Of a stretch of 64,000 nucleotides of DNA, positions 1 to 13,900 are shown in pieces. The position numbers and the translations under genes were made by a program. The stretch comes from Tubulanus polymorphus (Eukaryota; Animalia; Nemertea). Under the pieces are notes generated by a model. That model was not told the origin of the DNA and made no database searches. It was given only the letters and a program-made list of their open reading frames with translations. Within the stretch, counting starts at the first letter, position 1; each line of letters begins with the position of its first letter. The DNA lies in contig NC_134026.1 in assembly GCF_964204645.1 (NCBI RefSeq), forward strand, positions 10,315,950-10,379,949, read 5' to 3'.

Positions 1-262
<262 letters not shown>

Positions 263-960
263 ACATTAGCCGTATATATATGGCCGTTTTTGTTAGCATG
301 ATTTTTCGGTTCCACTCGGCGCGCTTCGGATGAACAATTACCGGCGTTGCAACCAGCTTTCTTCCTTCGCTTGTCAAAAAGGAGTAAAATAGGCTATACA
401 TTCCATGTGTTGTTGTACTGCGTATATTTTTAAAGTATGAATAAAAGAGATATTAGAACTTAAGGGTGCGTAGCAGCGGCGGCTAAGCTGCTGGTTCTTG
501 GGTCCATTCCCTATTACAGGATAATGCTTACAATAATGCAAACACACGAGTTGACACGTCGTCATTAAGACGTCGCGCTGTTTACCATTAGCAATGTCGC
601 ATTGAATACAAATTTTATTGCAATGTTACGTTATGGTAAAATATTGCAGTAGATTTTTGGTTGTCAGTATAAAAAATGCTGCTTTTTTCCCTAGGAAAAA
701 TACTACAAAATACTACTGTGATATGTATCAAGCATCCCAAAAAACAGAGCTCACGAAAAAGATTTAATCAGAGGATTTCTGGGCCAAATTAACGTTTCTA
801 GATCTATTTATTAATTGTTGTTTCAGCGACCCAAAAGCTAACTATAAATCTACCCCTTTACTCAGTATTAGATGTAAAATGTATATTGTAAATAAATGTC
901 ATGTACATAATTATAGGTATACAAAAAGTAATATATACAAAAAGAAAAGAAATGAATAAA

Positions 961-1162
<202 letters not shown>

Positions 1163-1276
1163 CCTCTAGCAAAAAAATAACAAATGATGAATATATTATA
1201 TATGTGTTGAATAGGTGATAGATAATATTAAAATGACTGTTGCATTCAAACTTAGATTCCATTTGTTCTCGGCGTC

Positions 1277-1396
1277 AGGACCCAGTTCCACATGCGAGTT
1301 AATATTAGACTCAGAGTTAATGTTTACCTAGAAAATGAAATTAGTTTTCATTAGAATGTTATATTACTGGACGATATTACTGTGTAACCGGGTCCT
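1277..1396. mobile_element. Short MITE-like inverted-repeat element
   Basis: AGGACCCAGTTCCACA (1277) pairs with TGTGTAACCGGGTCCT (1381-1396). Related ends occur near 45200 and 52483-52637. Confidence 0.5.
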
Positions 1397-1699
1397 TGGT
1401 TCTCTTTTCGTTCTGATACTAGCAAAAAGAGAAAGTTATCATCAAAACCGTCCGCTTACTTTAAAAATCCGGTCTGTCTGCAGCTCGTGTAAGCAGAAAT
1501 GGAACGAAAGTAGAACCTCACGAAATTCTCATCCTCTCCAGGGTGATAATAGCATAACCAATACGCTGAGAGTAGGACTTGCAGGACTTTAGTAGACATT
1601 GTCTGGATGAGGTTTGGAAGTCATGTTGATGCCAACAAACAAAGGTCGAAAAAATCATCAGGGAAATAGTGAAATCAGAAATCATTTAATTTCTTTTCG

Positions 1700-1968
1700 T
1701 TAGAAAGAACGGTTACATTCCGGTGAAATTGGTCGATTGCCCAAATCGTCCCATACAGTGAACGATTTGAGACCCAATGCGTTGTAATCGCAATCGGCCG
1801 TATTCGTCGCATACGTCAAGAAAAATATTTCGATGCGTTTAACGCCACGAAGGTCAAGGCCGGGATTAGTATCAGTCGGGACTTCTAGCTTCCACTGTGT
1901 GAACGGCGGCAGTTCGGCGAATAGATTAGCAGCGTAACCGTACATGCAAGCGTGTTCTTTTATTGTAC
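1700..1968 (-). CDS. Last exon: end of the C-terminal beta-rich domain of the toxin-like module
   Basis: Acceptor ttgcag|GT. Translation GTIKEHACMYGYAANLFAELPPFTQWKLEVPTDTNPGLDLRGVKRIEIFF...RSF*. The PF-x-x-W...N..LDL..V..I.I.F pattern recalls C-termini of TcA-like/IPD083-like toxins (recall, not searched). Confidence 0.8.
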
Positions 1969-4900
1969 CTGCAAGCAGATACAAATAATGGCTCAATTGA
2001 GAGATTGAGAAATGATAATTCGGTTTTGCCACCACCACTAATTATCAAAAGAATAATCTATCATTTATTTTGCAAAGGGAGATACATTTTAGTTTAATTC
2101 TCATGTTTTTTTAGGATCCTTGAATATTCTGAAGAATCTCATGTACAGCCTCAACATTTTGAACTCCAAACCGTTGATTTGATTTACTACGTTTCTTAGT
2201 TCCAATAAATTAAGCTCATTGAGTTAAGGTGTATACTGTACCTGTATCTAGAAGGTATGCGAAACTAGTTTTTCTCGGCGTCGTGGCAAAACTGTAATTT
2301 TTACCGCGGTATCGATCTTCGAAGTGACCAGGGCTAGCTAAACTAACGCGCACTAGATTTGACGAAGAATTGACTCCGTCCAGGAATACTCGCATTTCTA
2401 CGACCCTGATGCGTTCATACCCGGTAAACTCACGGTGACCGAGGTCGACGTTGAAAAACAGTTGACGAGATTTCTTCAGATGACTAACAGGACATTCATT
2501 CTCGGTGCAATCATCTCCTGGATTAATGTCACTTAATGAAATATGGAATTTAATCGGCTTTGACTGACATTGCAGTGCCACTCGATCGAATTCCTTAGTC
2601 ATCGCGGTGTTAATCTTAACAGCAGTAGTCGTCAATGTGTCGCCGATAGACGGTCTAACGTCTGGCGAACATTGCCTGAAGTAGAAATAGAAATTCGACT
2701 GGCAGTACAGACTCAGCACATCATACGCCATCTGTGTGTATTTGTACGACTGTAGACGAGTTTCTAAAAGAAGTTCGTCAGTTATTTTCTTTTGTTTCGT
2801 GGATTCTTTGTATACTTTCTGTAATTTGGCGTTGTAGGCTTGCAAAAGTTTGAAACTTTGACGGCGAGAGAGCACTGCTTGCCACGTTCGGGCGTGAGTG
2901 ATTGTTTCTTTTGTAAGAGCTTCCCCCCAAAGCGTCACATCGATTAATGCTTTCTTGTATCTTTCGTACGAGTTGATTGCCTGCACTTTCGGCGTATCCA
3001 AATAGTTATCCGCCATATTTCTGAGAATCTGCCATTGGACAACTTTCACATTCAGCTCGGCAGCTTCTTGTATTGTATTCAGATCTACGTCCAAAGAGAT
3101 CGACGTGCTTCCAATACTGTTCATCAATAAATCGCTAGTTGCGAAAAGTTTCTTGATGCGATATATCAACAAAGTTACGTCCTTTACAGCCTTACCGACG
3201 TCCGTCAAATGTGATACTACTTTACCAAAATCAAGATTCTTTCCTGTGACAATACCAGCGACTCCTCCCACGAATTTTATTGCGGCTGTAATAGAACTAA
3301 CGATACCTTCCTTTTTAAGGAACATATAAAACGTCTTTTGAGCAGCGGAGCATGCCTTCTGTGCATTTTGGTACTCGGCGTACATCGCATTCATGCTTTT
3401 TAACGACACTCTCATTCGAATGATATCGTTTTGTAGGGTTTTCTCTTCGTTGGTCATCGACATATTTGCTTTATCGACTAACATCGACGCCGAAAGCAGC
3501 CTATCACTATCGCGCTCAGATGCGTCCTCGATATGCCTCATTTCAGCATCGTAGGTTTGAATCATCGACAGAACCATTCCAAGCCATTGGTTGTACGCTT
3601 TGGTTGACAACGGTGGAATCTTGTGAAAACCGGACTCGGTCGTCATTCGCCAGTCTAACGCGATCTGCCGGGCCTGCTGCGATAGAGCAGTTATTTCATC
3701 CCCGATCACGTAACCAGCATTTTTAGCAGCTTCTTTCGACGAAACTGCACCGATATATTCGAGCAGATCTACGGCTATGGTGTGCTCATTCGAGTCGCTA
3801 TCCGCGATTTTACGGGCGCAATAGATGGCCAGATTAAGATGAGATGCGTCAGGAGCGGGAACGGGTACTCCAAGATGTTCAACAAGGTCGCACACGAATG
3901 GTGCTTGAATGTCTTGCGAATACAAAGTAAAAGAAGCGTTACGCTCTTCGTAATATACCGCCATAATACCTACAGAACCGCAAGGTGACTTGACGTAACT
4001 AGCCGTGCAACCTTTCAAGACTTTCGTATTCAGCCATCCGTAGTTGAACCTGAACGCGCCGTTTTTACCCATGTTGAAATAGCGAGTAACTATTTCCAGA
4101 TCATAATGCACGTTAATCACCGTCGTCAGCTGCGTCGATATAGAAAATATTCGAATTTTCTTCAACGCGGAATCGCTGGAATATTTATTCAATTCGTTCA
4201 GATCGATGAAAGATCGCCTAATGATGATCGTGTCTCCATCGCGGATGGCATCTAAATATTTTGCTTCTCCGCAAGTCGAATAACAGTTTTTACTCATGCA
4301 CGAGTCTCGTCCTCGTGGTGTTTTCTCATCGAATCGTATTTTAGCATTGGTCCTGTTTCGAAATAGATAACAGAATTTCAAATGGACTACCGTTATATAG
4401 CTTAGGAAATAACCGAATTATGAGCAGAGTATTGCTTTTCCATATAGAGCCAACCAATCAAAAGTTAATATGGCGAAAGATCGTTGCAAATAGGCTATCG
4501 TAGTTCTGATATATTTATGGTATTGTTGCTAAGTTTTGAAGTTTGAAGCTTAACTAAACATCGAATCTATTTACCGGAATCGCTGTAACGGTAGGTGCGA
4601 TATTAGCCGATAAGAAATTTTCTTGACCCTGGTATTTCTACAAGAAAAGAAGAGAGCATTTATTTCTAAATGAAATCCCCGGCTTCCATTCTGCAATTCT
4701 AATGCCAAGGAGCACTCACAATGTAAGATTATTGAGGTTCTTCAGGCTACTAAATAACCTACTTGGAAATCCCCATATTCGATCACTTGATATCTCTCTA
4801 AAAAACACGACAAAATGATTGTAATACATGTAATCAATTTTCTTAGTATTTTGAAACGCAAACAAAATCACGTACAATTCTTGGAGATTTTCTAAATCGT

Positions 4901-7900
4901 CGAAGAACCCATTCGGGGGAACGGTCAATTGGCTGTTGTTTGAAAATTTACTGAAAGAATAAATTTGAAACGTTCTCGAAAACCCTTGATATTAAACTAC
5001 GGTAATCTCTGCTTTTGGTTACAGCATCTTCTGAAGCAAAGATCATGATAATGATGTGAAATAAGAACCCTCAAATATTTCCTTGCGTTCATGACCACAG
5101 AAGTGTTAAAATGTGCAAACTCTTACTCGGCCTATAACTTAAGGTTATTTATCTATTATGAACGAACTATATTCGAAAACAAGTGAATCAAAACATAGTC
5201 GTCCCACATCAAAATTGACACTTCGGCTAGATATTCCATGAAATTGTTGATTTACAGTTCAGAATCAGGAGTGATCCAGACCTGAGCCGAACCAGAGCTC
5301 CGTCTGTGCTGGTACTTTCAAACAGAGACGACCGTGTACACTGGAAGCTCGCTGATACATTAGCGTGCTATACGGTTGGACTGTTTCGTCACAGTTCCAA
5401 AAACATAATTTTTTTGACGCCTTATAAAACGTTACCATTATGAAACCTAAACAATGCTAACCATTCAGCGTCATTTTACAAACGACAACCGTAAATCGAT
5501 GTGCAAAACGTCACAGGTTTATGTGTACTCATACAAGCTATTTGGCAAAATATTATTGATAAAGATGTAGAATGGCTCCCTGTGATTATATAATGACCTC
5601 TATTTGAACGTCGGAATGTTATATTGCATTGAATATCATGAGAAGACGTATTGTAATAGTAAAGGATGTATGATTATATCAGGAGCGGCAGGCATAAATA
5701 GAAATGATAAGTAAATCGGATTATTCGGTTAAATGGCGGATGTATACATGATTTGGAAGTCTGATATAAAAGTCAGACCCTGTCATGGGGATGCTAGTGG
5801 AATGACGAAGCTATCTACGATCTGAGTAGGGCCGGCGTGGATTTCATCGGCGGCTACAAGCGGTCTATATAAAAACGTGTAAACATATAATTTCAATATT
5901 CAAATGTTTTAGAAAATATGTTCGATATTAGGGGTATGCAGGTTTCATGAGATTAGCAATTTATAATAGCATAGCTGTCATATACGGCTCCGCGTCCCCT
6001 GATGGCATGTGTATAAGGTGACAATTCAATTCAATACTTTATTGATCCTTATTACATTGAAATTCCGGGATAAAATTCCACAATTCAATAAAGTTACAAA
6101 TTTTAAACTAAGAAAATACAAAATACAAGACACACGGGTAATTCATACTGAATAACATGTATAAGTTATTTAAATGACAATGTCTACTTCAACCCAGACT
6201 CAAGTCTAGGATATCGAGTGACAGCCAAACCGGGCCCCGGGACCGGGCCGGCTGGCTACACGATATGCTCGAAGTCATGATGAAGCAGACATCAGAAGAG
6301 CTCTTTCTTCAACCATGGAGGCAATGAAGTTGCAGACCAGCTTAGAGGCAAAAGTGAATCGAAGTCGGTCACAAGTTGACAATTTTTTTTTTAATTAGAC
6401 CAGTCGAAGACTGTATCATCTACCAATCGCCAAATCTCATAATTCCCCAAATTTCTTATAACTTCGATTTCAAATTTGCAATTCCACATTAGCTTATCCC
6501 AGATATTCTACATCTTTTCGCAGGCGTCAAATAATTTATTAAAAATAATTTTCTTGTTCATTTCAACTTATCTTCTAACATTGAGTAATAATACCAATAC
6601 AAACAACATGATTTTTCATCCGAAACGAAATAAACTTCCGGGATGAAAATGCAGACATAGCAAATTTTGATATTTTTTCCAAGATAAGAATAAAACAAAA
6701 TCGACGAACGACTTACGTTATCACGAGTCATAGTGTATCTTAAAAGCAATATGTAAGTTGTTTTTCAACAGTCGATTTTCTTTTTGTAAAATCTTTTTTT
6801 TTATACACAGAATCATCAGCAACCGTCAAAGAATGCCGTTGAATAGAAGAACTTAAGGAGTTGTAAACATCGTATTTCCAAAAAAGATTTTTTTGAAATT
6901 CAATCCTACTATAGGAATTTAAGATATAGATATAATAACTACTAAATTCAGAGAAGTAAAATTAAAAAGTTCGAACTCGCTAAACTTACAGTTTAGTAAT
7001 GTATTTTGCCGTCTTGAACAGTTCTTTTGGCAACGGCAGATTGAACAGATTCAACGTTGAAAAATCACTGCACGTATGAAAGCACAAAATCAGGCCATTA
7101 TTATTTTTAATACTTCATGTCATATTTTGCCACGATTTCTATGCAAATATTCGTACTTACATCGCCGTTTGCGAATTCTGCAAAGCCTTGTTCACTACAC
7201 GCCACATATCTAGAAAGAAATGACGACATTCAGTAGAGCGAGTGACACTCTAAATGGTCATTTGATAGATTGAATTGCTTTCTGTTCCGTAGGTTGACTG
7301 TTTAGATACCTGTCGCTTGGCCGTGGCATCTCCTGATATAAAGGACATCGCTTGAGGAAGACCGGTATCTTGATGGTATTTCAAATAACGCGCAGTTGCC
7401 CAAGCGCGATACGAATCCACTGCATTCAAAACTAGTGACATTTATACATTTCATTCTACATTCGTCGGGTGTCATTCCAGAGTCAGCGTTGAAATATACT
7501 TTCGCATTGTTTCCGACCGAAGGCATCAAACCGTTCATATACACGAAGTAAACTAAAATTTGCAAAATAAATCTCAATCTCGAACTGCTGCCAAATACAC
7601 ACAGTATTAGTAGCGATCAAGGGAATCATATTTATTACCTTCGGTTTGTCGCATTTGGAACGAATACTTATAACCGGGATCATTTTCTTTTCGTAACTTT
7701 AACAAAAAACAGTCATTATTTCGACTTGAGAATGAAGCACCGACGCAGTAAATGTCGTAAGTCATGCACATGCGCAAACATTCGGCTAGACTGGACGCTT
7801 TCACTATCCGAAATGAATTACTACTTTGAGTTGAAGGCAACGCTTCAAAACATCCGAGGTATTCATCAGCTGGGGTCACTACATGAAATTGAAAATATTC

Positions 7901-10900
7901 ACGTATTCAGTTTGATAAGCGAAAATATTTACGTATTCGGTTTGATAAGTACGCTTTCAAATGATATTTTTCTGGAAAGATTGATAAAATACTAGTCTAA
8001 GCGTTTTGAGACCACCTGTCTCGATTTGAGTCCAAAAAAGTCTTCAAGCCGAGTCATTATTTTGTTTGTTTAACGGCCACAATGTCTGATGCTTTCTAAA
8101 GTATCGATCGCCTCTGATCAAGTAGCGCTGCACCCCGGAAATTATAACAGGTAGGCCCGATTTTTTGTACAAGCTAACTGTCGCTTCAAAGCAGTCCTTC
8201 ATCTTATATTATTACATTTTTATGTATCTGTTTATTCATTAATTCTGTAAAAATGTTATGAGAAAATAAATCATATAATCATCATATAATTTGCGATGAC
8301 TTAAAAGTATGGTTTTGTTTGTACACCTACACAACGGCGTTTGGAATGTATGAAGATATGAAATATGGAATCATACCTGTTGCATTTGAATTGACGTTGT
8401 ATTTACAGTCGCCGATACATGGCTCCAGTTCGGTGGAATTATCATGACACCGTAAGCCTCCATGCGCGGGTGCTGGATCATCGCATTGACGTTGTCGGAC
8501 TCGCGTACCAGCTCCACACCTACTTGAGCATTGGCCCCATCCACCCCAACAGCTCCACGATCCATCAACTAGTACGTAGGACGTTATCATTAGATTGTCA
8601 TGATCAATTTATCAATTATCGATGCTTTAGGTGGATAGTACATTTATCACTAAAAACCCGACTGAAACCCCAGACTAGGGTAGCGGACATAGCATCCTGG
8701 GTACATATTGGTTTTTGAGGTGATAAAAAACTTAGGATAGTATTGAAAATTTGATATTTCATATAATTCTTATTGAGAGATTTCAACTCTAAAATTGCTT
8801 CTTGTTTTCGAAAATACGTATTTCACCAATATTACCAACTCGCTTTTTACCAAATTCCTATCGTATTTCGACTTAGGATCTTCTTCTGTGATTTTCGATC
8901 GACAAAACGAGAGATGAGAATATCTTTGAATAATGTCGAATCACGACACAAAAAAATAGAATAATTGGTAATTTATCTGTATCGAAAATTCAGAATAACA
9001 AAAATAATAACATAAAAACAATAATATAATAAAAACAATAACATAATCAAAATTGCAATGATACCACGGCCACCAAATACATATATTCAAGTTTACCAAA
9101 AATGTTCTACTCCGTATTTGTTGCAGATTTCAATGATAATCGATTTACTTCAAATGGAAAGTTGGTTTGATCTTGATAGTTGAAGCATGAACGACTCACA
9201 AACTACTAGCAAATCTGAATCATTACTTGCCGCAAGCGGAATCCTCGATTACCATAGTAACATTTTCGCTGCCTTATATTGAAATAATTCTGTCCAATAC
9301 CTTATTTCGTTGGGAAATTAGCATTAAAAGCATACCCCGGTCTATTTTGACCTTTTTTTTTTACTACGTTTTAAAGTGTAGAAATACATTCATATGTAAA
9401 CGTTTGTAATTGGAAGCTGGAATTAATGATATTTATCAGCAGTGATGCTTTGCTTTTAGTCCTAGAGTAGAGATAAATTTCCATGCATCGCAGAAGCCAA
9501 CTTACCTGGACAATGGGCTTCGAAGCAAGGTTTCATTTGTTTTTCCTGGCCTTCGCAAGGCTTTCCGCCGTACCGTGGCACGGGATTGTTGCATTGTCGT
9601 TTGCGTACGCTGACACCATCTCCGCATGTCTTTGAGCACTTGGACCACTCACTCCACGTCCCCCAGCCTCCGTCGACTAGTAATCAGAAAAAAACACAAC
9701 CAGCATCGATGCAAGAATATAAGCTATCGATAGTGTGATTTATAACCTATAGATTTGGGTACGTACCTATGCATCCAAGCAGTTCTATCCTCATGCATGC
9801 TCCCGCCGAAGCTGCGGATCTGATATAAACTCGAATGTATCTCGCTTTTATTACATTATCGAAAAATAACGTGATTGTTGCGTCGCCATTTTTGTTACCA
9901 GGGAAAAGCTGTAACGAAACACCCACGATCATTCAAATAACGTCATGTAAACAGAGCATTTCAGCACAAAAAAACGGTTGATAGTTTCCGAACTAGAATT
10001 TCGGCGATAGTTATCATGTTCATAGGGACACTAGTCAGTAACTGGTTTAGTTTTTCAAAAACCAGACGACCAACTAATGAGTCGTATGCGTTCATCGATC
10101 GGTTTTGCTACAAATTTTCTATCTATGCAATGTGGCAAAAATGAATAAAAATACCTTTCCCGCATCTTTTTGATAAACAGTCTCCCATTGATTACTATCC
10201 TCACTCGACATGACCTCAAAACTTGTGACAAATCTATTTTTATAGCCTTGCGTCTGAATTCCTGAGACATGAAAAAAATCAAACTGTTGAAGTTGCACCA
10301 ATTTGATAGTTTTTAAATATTTTTCTTTTTTAACCAAAGGATCCACCGAGATAAGATAAAAACCCACATCTGACGATGATCTCTCTAGGGTGAGATCGAA
10401 ACGTCGTGTATTTTACATTTTAGATTTTTTGAATAAATGAATTCTCGATTTTGAAATTATTTCTATTTTCACATAGTGGGTTTTTATCTTATTATCCGTT
10501 CACCACGTTTGAGTGTAGTTATTGTACTACGATCCGTCATAGTTGCCAAGTTCGATTTGGTGGTATCTCGATCGCTATCCAAAGTATGTAACGTATATAA
10601 CGTAAATTTTATTCGATTTAAATTACCGTTTACTTTGACGACGTCACTGAAATCGATCTGCATGAAAGTCCCGACATCGCCACACCAGGCAGAATTCTGT
10701 TTGTTGAGTCGACCATATACGGGTGGATGAGTGACGTCCGTCGACGAACCGGAAAGAGCCGTATCAGCAATCGTCATATCTTCCATACCCATAGCCTGTG
10801 TGCAAGCTGTAAATTTGAAATAAACACCGGACATCAACCCTCCACAGATAACTCTAATCAAACTAGGTCCCGTGTGATTAGCGATCACGAATGGCGCATC

Positions 10901-13900
10901 GTATTTTTTTTCGAATACGCCTATCACGATTTCATTTCATAGAGAGATATCCACTCACCTAGATCTGGTATCTTACAAATGAATTCGGATTCGGTCCAAC
11001 AGTTCATCGACATCCAAACAACATTGACATTATGTTTAACGAATATGCAACTCGACGCTGATGGAGAGTCAAATCGCACGTCTAGCCAGGCGGTTTTACC
11101 GTACATGGTCATCCACTGGTTGAGTTTCGTGTCGTAGCGTACGCCTAGACGGTCCATGTTCCCATTCAAACTACAATAATTTGATAATTATGTTAAGATT
11201 GTCTAGAACCCAATATCCACAACGAATATATAAGATGAGTAACACCCTTAATCGCTATCATCCCTAGCATATAGCCGATATGTAACTGTACGTAGTCCAT
11301 TCTTCCATGGAGAGATGTAACGTTCGTTATAAATAATCTCTAAGGCCTTGTACCCGATTAGGGTAGAGAATAATAAGGACAAATGTGACACCGTAGGGTG
11401 CGAACAAAACAAATGAGTTAATATGAAAATTTGAAATCTCAAAATGACACAAAAATGTTGGATAAAAATTGCTTCGAAATGAAAACAAGAAAATATTCTT
11501 TAAAGTAATGACGTTTGCAATTGATGATGTCTTTCAGCAATATGACTGGTATCATTCGTTTCGTTTTGTTCTTAAGCGCAACGACAACGTTGACTCTTAC
11601 ATGTGTTCTTTACGAAGCCACTGTGCTTCTTCCGGTGTACTTATGGCCGTCACGTGACCGAACTGGCTGTAGGACTGACATTTCTCCTCGGCGATATCAA
11701 AAGACGTCAGATACTTTTTACCTCGATGCGACCCGTAGCACATACCGTTGCGATTGTGCCATTTGTCTGGCCACTCTTTACCTTTTCTTTGTGGGCAAGC
11801 TGAAATGAGGCCGATGATCTAGATAAATTCATATTCACCACAACCAGCCGACGTGAAAATAGTCTTGGAGTAATCATCCTGGTAACATGATTATAATGAA
11901 AACTAATATAACGAGCTCGTCGATACTAAAGCAGCACTAGAGTAAATGGGATGAAATGCATCCTAAAGATTTCCGTTGGCCAATATGCTATAAGCGTACT
12001 TACTCACAGGATGCTGACATGAATAGACCAAGTACGAAGTTATCGAGTATTTTTCACACGTCACCCATCCGTACGATGCCTTGAAGTCGAATCTACATGC
12101 TCTTTTGCCGTCGCAAGCCGCTACCGCCGAGTCGTATATTGGGTATGGGCGAGTGTATTGCCGATCAAATGCCTTTAATGATTATACAATACATGCATCA
12201 TAAGTATTCTTTTTTAAACGATATAGTCTAAGCTATCTTATTAGGATGAGTGGGAAATTTGGACTTTTTAAAAATAAAATAGCTGATTTTTAATCAGATT
12301 TGATTTTCCTAATCATAATTTGCTAGTCACGTGTCATCTAATCGAATCAGATTTGCACAACAGGATAAATTGTATGATTTGTTCAAACCGCTGACAAGAG
12401 AATGCTGCCCCTGGTCATTGACTATTATTTTCTAAAACACATAAGTTTCAGTTTCGCTAAGAGTTTTTGACCATTTTATTCAGTTTCGAAAAGCTAGGGG
12501 TTGTTTTAATAGGGGTTTCCATTTGATAACACTGATCCTGGATTCTAAAATGACCAATCAATGAGACACGTGCATCGAGTTTTTAAAAGCTGCTAAAGGC
12601 ATATTCATTGAATGGCAGAAACTCTCTTGTGAAAAAGAAATTGCGAGGTTCCACCATCTTTACATCGTATCGAATCATATCAAAACAGGTGATTTGATGA
12701 CTTGATGATTTGATAAATCGATTTTGATTTGATGCCGCATTAAATTAAAAATTAGACAAAATTGAATTTGATTATGCCTGGATATATACGATTTTAGTTA
12801 AAATCAAATCTGATATTACAGGATAAAATCGCCTGAAATAGTCCATAAACGAAAGTGGTGAACCGTGCTTAAAAGGATAGTATAGAATAAATGAAAAGTT
12901 TCGTATCAGTCTGTAGCAAATGGGTGCGAAAGAAAAATACCATATTTAGGAAAGGGCATCTAAAATTCACGTTCGGTAGTGTCCAATCCGGACCTACTCT
13001 CCAGGTAACAAGTTTGATAACTTGATCTTTTGGACACGCCAAAGTCTGCATCGTCCGGCCCCGTGGTTTCATCGTATACACATCTGTAAGGAGGATAAAA
13101 GTTCGATTTGATGAACAAGCGGCGAAACAGCATTTTCAAAGTTAACCATCTTTTAGTATACATTTCTAAATGAATAAGACTTGGATGGGGAAACTCAGTG
13201 AACTTTGCGTGTACAGTAAACCTCGCCTATCTCGGGCATGGCCGACTCGGACTTTTGACCCAGACAAAAAGCGAAATAATTTTCTGACTCCCAAACGAAT
13301 TTTATAATCCTTAACTAGAATAAGCCGAACTGCATTGATGGATACGAAATAGATGTATATATATTCTAAAATATATACTTAAATGTTTTTGAACAATTTC
13401 ATTGAAACTTCTGTTATCGGTTCGGTTATTTTCCTGTCACGACTCACGTGTTCACGAGGGCATTGGAATATCTCTACAGTAATAAGCGTAACATACAATT
13501 ACGATTTCGTTCGCAGATGTACTTGTACGGGTTATCGCAACTAGCCCCTTCCCATTCTGCAGCTGCATTTTTGATGAGACAATTTCTGTCTGGTGTTTCA
13601 TTGGGCGATCCTGGCTTCCAATATGTCTTGCCCACCGGCGTCGGGGAGTGGTCGTCCCAAAACCATCCTTTGCATGGATATAAAACGGAATAGAAAAAGG
13701 TATGATTTTTTATAAGGTCCTTACTGAATACATTAGCAACGAATTAGATTTTTTTTCATCCCCAAGAAAATACCGCTGCGAAGGGACATGTGTGGAAGCC
13801 ATTTGTATCCTAGATACCGGTGGCTTATCATATGGTTTATGGTTTATGTGAGGTTATTATGATAAAAACTATGTTATCGATATTACTATGATATCAGTTA

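Noticed and set aside
9226-9275. Possible extra small exon between the two TSP1 exons
   Set aside because: Candidate donors give incompatible phases, and the TSP1 exons join in frame without it.
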